NCBI GenBank assembly: GCA_977030845.1
Contig: OZ365111.1
Coordinates: 12,152,001-12,216,000 of the forward strand
Reading direction: 5' to 3'
Source: Fimbriosthenelais zetlandica
Taxonomy: Eukaryota
Length of the DNA: 64,000 nucleotides
The notes beneath the pieces were generated by a model. That model was not told the DNA's origin. It saw only the letters and a list, made by a program, of their open reading frames with translations, and made no database searches. The translations under genes were made by a program, and so were the position numbers. Positions within the stretch are counted from its first letter, which is position 1. Every line of letters starts with the position of its first letter. Of the stretch, positions 61,401 through 64,000 are shown piece after piece.

Positions 61401-63720
61401 CTCTCTACTGCTGACTCTCCCCACTCCACCAGTCGCCCACAAGGCGACGCAGATTCTATGTCGTCTGAAAACAGTTCCAACCGCAACACCGAATGGCCCA
61501 GCCGACCCCGTAAGTCTCTCTCTAACTTCCTATCTACTCTCCAGCTATTCAACTACTGTTAGTATTAATAACTTGTTTACCCCATTGGTATTTATTAACA
61601 GTAGTTGAAAAATGGAAGTATACTTTCTTTTTACTTCTCATGCTTATAGATTTCTATTAAAGTTAAGAGCTTTTATATGACCTTATAGGTAGGCATTGAA
61701 GATGCTTTGTTCTAGTTGAATGCTTTTGAGGATAGGCTGTGCATTGTGGACTGAATGAAACAGCCAAATACCCTTTGGTATTATGGTTTCCTTAATAGAT
61801 GTTCTCAATGCAATTTTTACCCCAACTTCTAATTTAATATCTAAGCCCTCTGAGTTACCACCAGAATTTGAAGTGGATTGATACTTTAACCTTAATGAGG
61901 ATTTGGGAGCAATAATTGTTCTGTCTTAACTTACAAAACGAGGATTTCCGATTCTCCGAACTCTCCAAACATCCTTGTTTTTGACCTTGTAAAATACCAT
62001 GGACAAAAACCCTAATAGTTCATTTTTCACCCCCTTATTTTGTGCCAGTAGAGCTATTTTGCCCCATTTATTTTTTCCTCCACCGACCATAGAGCACCCC
62101 CTGATCTTCCTCCAACTTTGACCTTTGATTGTATCCTTTATTGCCATCAGATAAAATGCCACTTCCCGGCTATGATGAGTTGATAGAACTGAAAACCAGT
62201 AAGTATGTGTTGTTTAGGTAGTGCCTGACTAGTGAAGCGGTCTTATATTTAGGCTATACTGCTGGGGCCCGTTTCATAATGTTTTCAGTGATTATGAAAC
62301 ATGCCCGCGGACAGCTGCCCCGACCACATCTACAGCCACATCATGTTACTTGTTAGCTTCATGTTCCTTGTTACATACTCTCTTACCTCTTATGTTACAA
62401 TTTCTGCTTAGCACTTTCTGGCATGCTGCATGATCACTTTCAATGTTAAAAATGTATAAAGTTTCCTACACTTTAAAGTTAACCACCAGTATCTAGAGAT
62501 TCAGTTTGAACTAAGGGGAATGAAATATGTACAGGAAAATCACAGAATATTTTAAGTAATCTTATCCTCACCCATTTCCATGTTATATTTGATCTTTCAT
62601 TGGGGCATATCCATATTTCCCACTGTAAATTCCCTTCCACTTTAAAGTATGTCTGAGACTACTATGAGAATTTCTGCTTAGGAATACAAAGTAAGATTTA
62701 TTTGAAAGATAGGCCATTGGTTTCGGGGTTGCCAAAAATTCACAAAGCCTTAGCTGTTATCTTATCTTGAGCATCTTGCCTTCCGCAAATCACTAAAGAT
62801 ATATCTAGTTGGTTCTTGGTATTTTCTGTCGTCTTAATTATATTCTGACGGGATCGAAACACTAGAAGATATATTAATACATGTATATATAAATCCCTAC
62901 ACGTAAAATCGGTCTGAAAAGTAACCATTGGTCAGTGGGTGCACGTACATATTGGTCTAGATATTAAATAGGTTTGTTCAAGGAAGCACTACCGTATTGA
63001 TCAGCATGTTGGATGTTGACATAATAAATGATGCATGATTTATTAAGTGTACTCAGGGCTATAGACTGAGATACAATCAGGTGTTGTGAAGGGCATCTCT
63101 GTTGTTATGGAAACAGATGTTCACTTATCAAGTAGTTCACAGATCACTGGGTGTGTTTTTATTACAGAATATGGACACAATCTACAGCCAAGTGATATAA
63201 GTCAGTTATTTGTCACGATATAATTGATAACATTTTCCATTTTTAGTGTTCACTGTTTCATTGTTATAATTTTAAAATTTTGTTATAGTATTCCCATTTT
63301 TTATTTTTCCATATTAATTTTGAAATTAATGGCATTTAACTTTGAACTTTGAGGGACACGAGCCCCTTTGATGATTTTCATATTTCTAAGAGGTCCATGT
63401 ACAGACTATTCCCTTATTCCCATGGCCAAATATAAGAAAAGTAAATGAATTAAATTTTCCTTAAATTAACATTGACGTTTTGGTTGTTTGCAGCTCGGAG
63501 GCGCACCTTGTTAGATACGAGTGGGAACAGTAGTTTCTTCCAGAACAGCCACGGATACCATGGCAGCCAGAGCAGTGAGGAGGCCAGCCATTCTCGGGAA
63601 CCCTCTCTGGAGAAGTACAACAAGAAAAACAAAGATGAAGACTCGGATGATTCCGAGAACGACGATCTCATCTCCCTCAATCAGTTCCTTAATGAAAGTA
63701 ACAGGTCACCGAAATCTCGG
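14285..63720 (+). CDS. CCDC88: Girdin/Daple family coiled-coil protein (CCDC88, Hook-related); gene span, 3' end outside the window
   Basis: 22 GT-AG exons join in frame (1607 aa so far, or 1630 aa with the longer exon-13 donor). Hook-type N-terminal domain ([27 protein letters not shown]), long coiled coil ([39 protein letters not shown]), STTAL motif and GBA motif [11 protein letters not shown]. Whether it is closer to vertebrate CCDC88A or CCDC88C cannot be decided by eye. Confidence 0.95.
14651..14736 (+). CDS. CCDC88: CCDC88 exon 2
   Basis: [28 protein letters not shown](I); phase 0 to 2. Confidence 0.9.
15289..15385 (+). CDS. CCDC88: CCDC88 exon 3
   Basis: [32 protein letters not shown]; gtaagc donor. 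Confidence 0.9.
16232..16278 (-). ncRNA. Minimal type-I hammerhead ribozyme (Penelope-like element type)
   Basis: Minus strand reads UAUU-A-GUCC CUGAAGA A GGCA GCCUCU UGCC GAA ACGU U GGAC-AAUA. It has stem I, the catalytic core, a 4-bp stem II, a palindromic ACGU stem III and the GUU cleavage triplet, followed by AAUAAA. Confidence 0.7.
19887..19911. repeat. Poly-C tract
   Basis: C14 followed by gccccgacccc. Confidence 0.8.
20061..20074. promoter_or_regulatory. RFX X-box-like motif
   Basis: GTTTCCATAGAAAC fits GTHNYY-AT-RRNAAC. Confidence 0.45.
20520..20551. repeat. Poly-C tract (G-quadruplex-capable on the minus strand)
   Basis: C21 followed by acccccacccc. Confidence 0.8.
21006..21019. 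promoter_or_regulatory. RFX X-box-like motif
   Basis: GTCTCCATGGAAAC. Confidence 0.45.
23241..23491 (+). mobile_element. Diverged ~250-bp non-autonomous DNA transposon remnant, copy 1
   Basis: Aligns by eye with the reverse complement of 40337-40575 (catctcaaa, ctaaatttaagtcc, gaggccca, accgtgatt, tgtttttcacact, ggggtgga.tggtggtctgg.tccaaa). Ends are ttaa-gggg and ccc-tta. Confidence 0.6.
27095..27282 (+). repeat. Array of 5 copies of a ~20-bp GTCACTTAYRTAAC-containing motif, ~42-bp period
   Basis: GTCAC starts at 27095, 27136, 27179, 27221, 27263. Confidence 0.9.
27663..27810 (+). repeat. Array of 5 copies of the 20-bp motif GTCACTTAYRTAACATKGAC, exact 32-bp period with unrelated 12-bp spacers
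   Basis: GTCAC starts at 27663, 27695, 27727, 27759, 27791. Confidence 0.92.
29211..29240 (+). mobile_element. Degenerate Tc1/mariner (Tc2/pogo-like) terminal remnant
   Basis: tatcgtatttgccggagtataaaccgcacc resembles the TA-CCGTATTTT..CGGA.TATAAG.CGCAC termini of Tc2/pogo-type elements; no partner TIR found. Confidence 0.35.
32313..32393. repeat. AT-rich palindrome in tandem duplication
   Basis: aatatttaaatgtaattt-aa-aaattacatttaaatatt (18-bp arms, 32316-32353), repeated about 46 bp later. Confidence 0.8.
32784..32853 (+). CDS. CCDC88: CCDC88 exon 4
   Basis: [23 protein letters not shown], similar to Girdin ETLQQLIMMSLPNV; phase 0 to 1. Confidence 0.9.
35642..35784 (+). CDS. CCDC88: CCDC88 exon 5
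   Basis: (E)[47 protein letters not shown]. Confidence 0.94.
35886..36044. repeat. Imperfect inverted repeat (possible MITE or hairpin)
   Basis: ccgattctcc-atccggctccatccgat (35886-35912) vs reverse complement of 36017-36044 ccgattctcccatcagtcgccatccgat. Confidence 0.55.
37285..37318. repeat. Perfect palindrome with 16-bp arms
   Basis: CTTAGAGTAAAATGAT-tg-ATCATTTTACTCTAAG. Confidence 0.85.
40337..40575 (-). mobile_element. Diverged ~240-bp non-autonomous DNA transposon remnant, copy 2
   Basis: Inverted homolog of 23241-23491. Confidence 0.6.
47655..47683. repeat. Perfect palindrome with 14-bp arms, same core as 37285
   Basis: CTTAGAGTAAAATG-t-CATTTTACTCTAAG. Confidence 0.85.
52381..52503 (+). 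CDS. CCDC88: CCDC88 exon 6
   Basis: [41 protein letters not shown]. Confidence 0.9.
52924..53073 (+). CDS. CCDC88: CCDC88 exon 7
   Basis: [13 protein letters not shown]...[13 protein letters not shown]. Confidence 0.9.
53187..53363 (+). CDS. CCDC88: CCDC88 exon 8
   Basis: [13 protein letters not shown]...[18 protein letters not shown]. Confidence 0.93.
53474..53560 (+). CDS. CCDC88: CCDC88 exon 9
   Basis: [29 protein letters not shown]. Confidence 0.92.
53837..54122 (+). CDS. CCDC88: CCDC88 exon 10
   Basis: [20 protein letters not shown]...KIRHQMHE; phase 0 to 1. Confidence 0.93.
54236..55760 (+). CDS. CCDC88: CCDC88 exon 11 (1525-nt coiled-coil exon)
   Basis: (G)[27 protein letters not shown]...SPLADE; phase 1 to 2, gtaagt donor. 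Confidence 0.95.
55967..56056 (+). CDS. CCDC88: CCDC88 exon 12
   Basis: (S)[29 protein letters not shown]. Confidence 0.9.
56168..56356 (+). CDS. CCDC88: CCDC88 exon 13 (two possible in-frame donors, at 56287 and 56356)
   Basis: (R)[39 protein letters not shown], optionally extended by [23 protein letters not shown]. Confidence 0.85.
57421..58282 (+). CDS. CCDC88: CCDC88 exon 14
   Basis: [38 protein letters not shown]...SKLATKCE. Confidence 0.94.
58436..58470 (+). repeat. (CT)n microsatellite with adjacent C-rich tract
   Basis: About 17 CT units; pyrimidine tract from 58381. Confidence 0.9.
58567..58712 (+). CDS. CCDC88: CCDC88 exon 15
   Basis: [48 protein letters not shown]. Confidence 0.92.
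58899..58988 (+). CDS. CCDC88: CCDC88 exon 16
   Basis: (M)[29 protein letters not shown]. Confidence 0.93.
59112..59166 (+). CDS. CCDC88: CCDC88 exon 17
   Basis: (K)[18 protein letters not shown]; phase 2 to 0. Confidence 0.85.
59289..59391 (+). CDS. CCDC88: CCDC88 exon 18
   Basis: [34 protein letters not shown]; gtaagt donor, phase 0 to 1. Confidence 0.82.
59795..59848 (+). CDS. CCDC88: CCDC88 candidate 54-nt cassette exon 19
   Basis: ttttgacag / gtaagt; open in phase 1 to 1, encoding (M)[17 protein letters not shown]. Confidence 0.55.
60062..60251 (+). repeat. Minisatellite, 3 diverged units of 61-67 bp
   Basis: Unit taaagatgcatgacaataaagattagtcagacttggtcgttgaggggtcatcgcacaccat starts at 60062, 60123 and 60190. 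Confidence 0.85.
60395..60541 (+). CDS. CCDC88: CCDC88 exon 20
   Basis: [48 protein letters not shown]; STTAL resembles Girdin FSTTAIN. Confidence 0.85.
61378..61509 (+). CDS. CCDC88: CCDC88 exon 21
   Basis: (G)[43 protein letters not shown]; gtaagt donor. Confidence 0.8.
63101..63114. promoter_or_regulatory. RFX X-box-like motif
   Basis: GTTGTTATGGAAAC. Confidence 0.35.
63494..63720 (+). CDS. CCDC88: CCDC88 exon 22 (GBA motif)
   Basis: (P)[18 protein letters not shown]...[23 protein letters not shown]; gtaaag donor, so the gene continues beyond the window. Confidence 0.9.
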
Positions 63721-64000
63721 GTAAAGATATTCTCCTTTATTAGAGTGTTTTATAGAATATTTCTGTTGTGCTATAATCTAATTTTAATCATTAATGGCAA
63801 TTTTTTTTAGATATATATTTATCCTTGGGTACACGAAAGTGACCTTTCCATTACTATTTAAATTTGTTTAAAAAATAGTTTAAAATTTCAGTTGCATATG
63901 ATTATATCATACGCAAGCTTTTTTATTTTTCAAGCTTTTATATTTGGATATTCTGTGACCTCAAGGGGTCAAAATATCTTCAACCGCTTCAAACTCGCTT

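Noticed and set aside
62845-62860. Second hammerhead-like string CTGACGGGATCGAAAC (also CTGATGAGCTAATGC at 38383)
   Set aside because: The core is mismatched or GAAA is missing, and no stem I or cleavage triplet can be formed.

Overview
AT-rich eukaryotic (metazoan) genomic DNA with GT-AG spliceosomal introns. It is probably from an invertebrate, but the taxon cannot be fixed from the sequence. I assembled four genes by hand from splice sites and reading-frame phase. (1) The 5' part of a mitochondrial-type valyl-tRNA synthetase (VARS2), minus strand, 12 exons in the window, running off the left edge. (2) A head-to-head, apparently single-coding-exon ORF of about 456 aa with no recognisable homology (4855-6225, +). 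(3) A complete TFIIA large subunit gene (GTF2A1; 8 coding exons, 7081-10970, 335 aa). (4) A Girdin/Daple-family CCDC88 gene (22 coding exons from 14285, still open at the right edge) with two giant introns of 17.4 and 16.6 kb. The most notable observations are a complete minimal type-I (Penelope-type) hammerhead ribozyme antisense in CCDC88 intron 3, a 1.87-kb non-autonomous TIR transposon carrying helically phased 20-bp repeat arrays, and an intact GBA (G-alpha binding/activating) motif in the CCDC88 C-terminus. Also seen: RFX X-boxes, several MITE remnants and candidate alternative-splicing features. All comparisons are by eye; no database searches were run.
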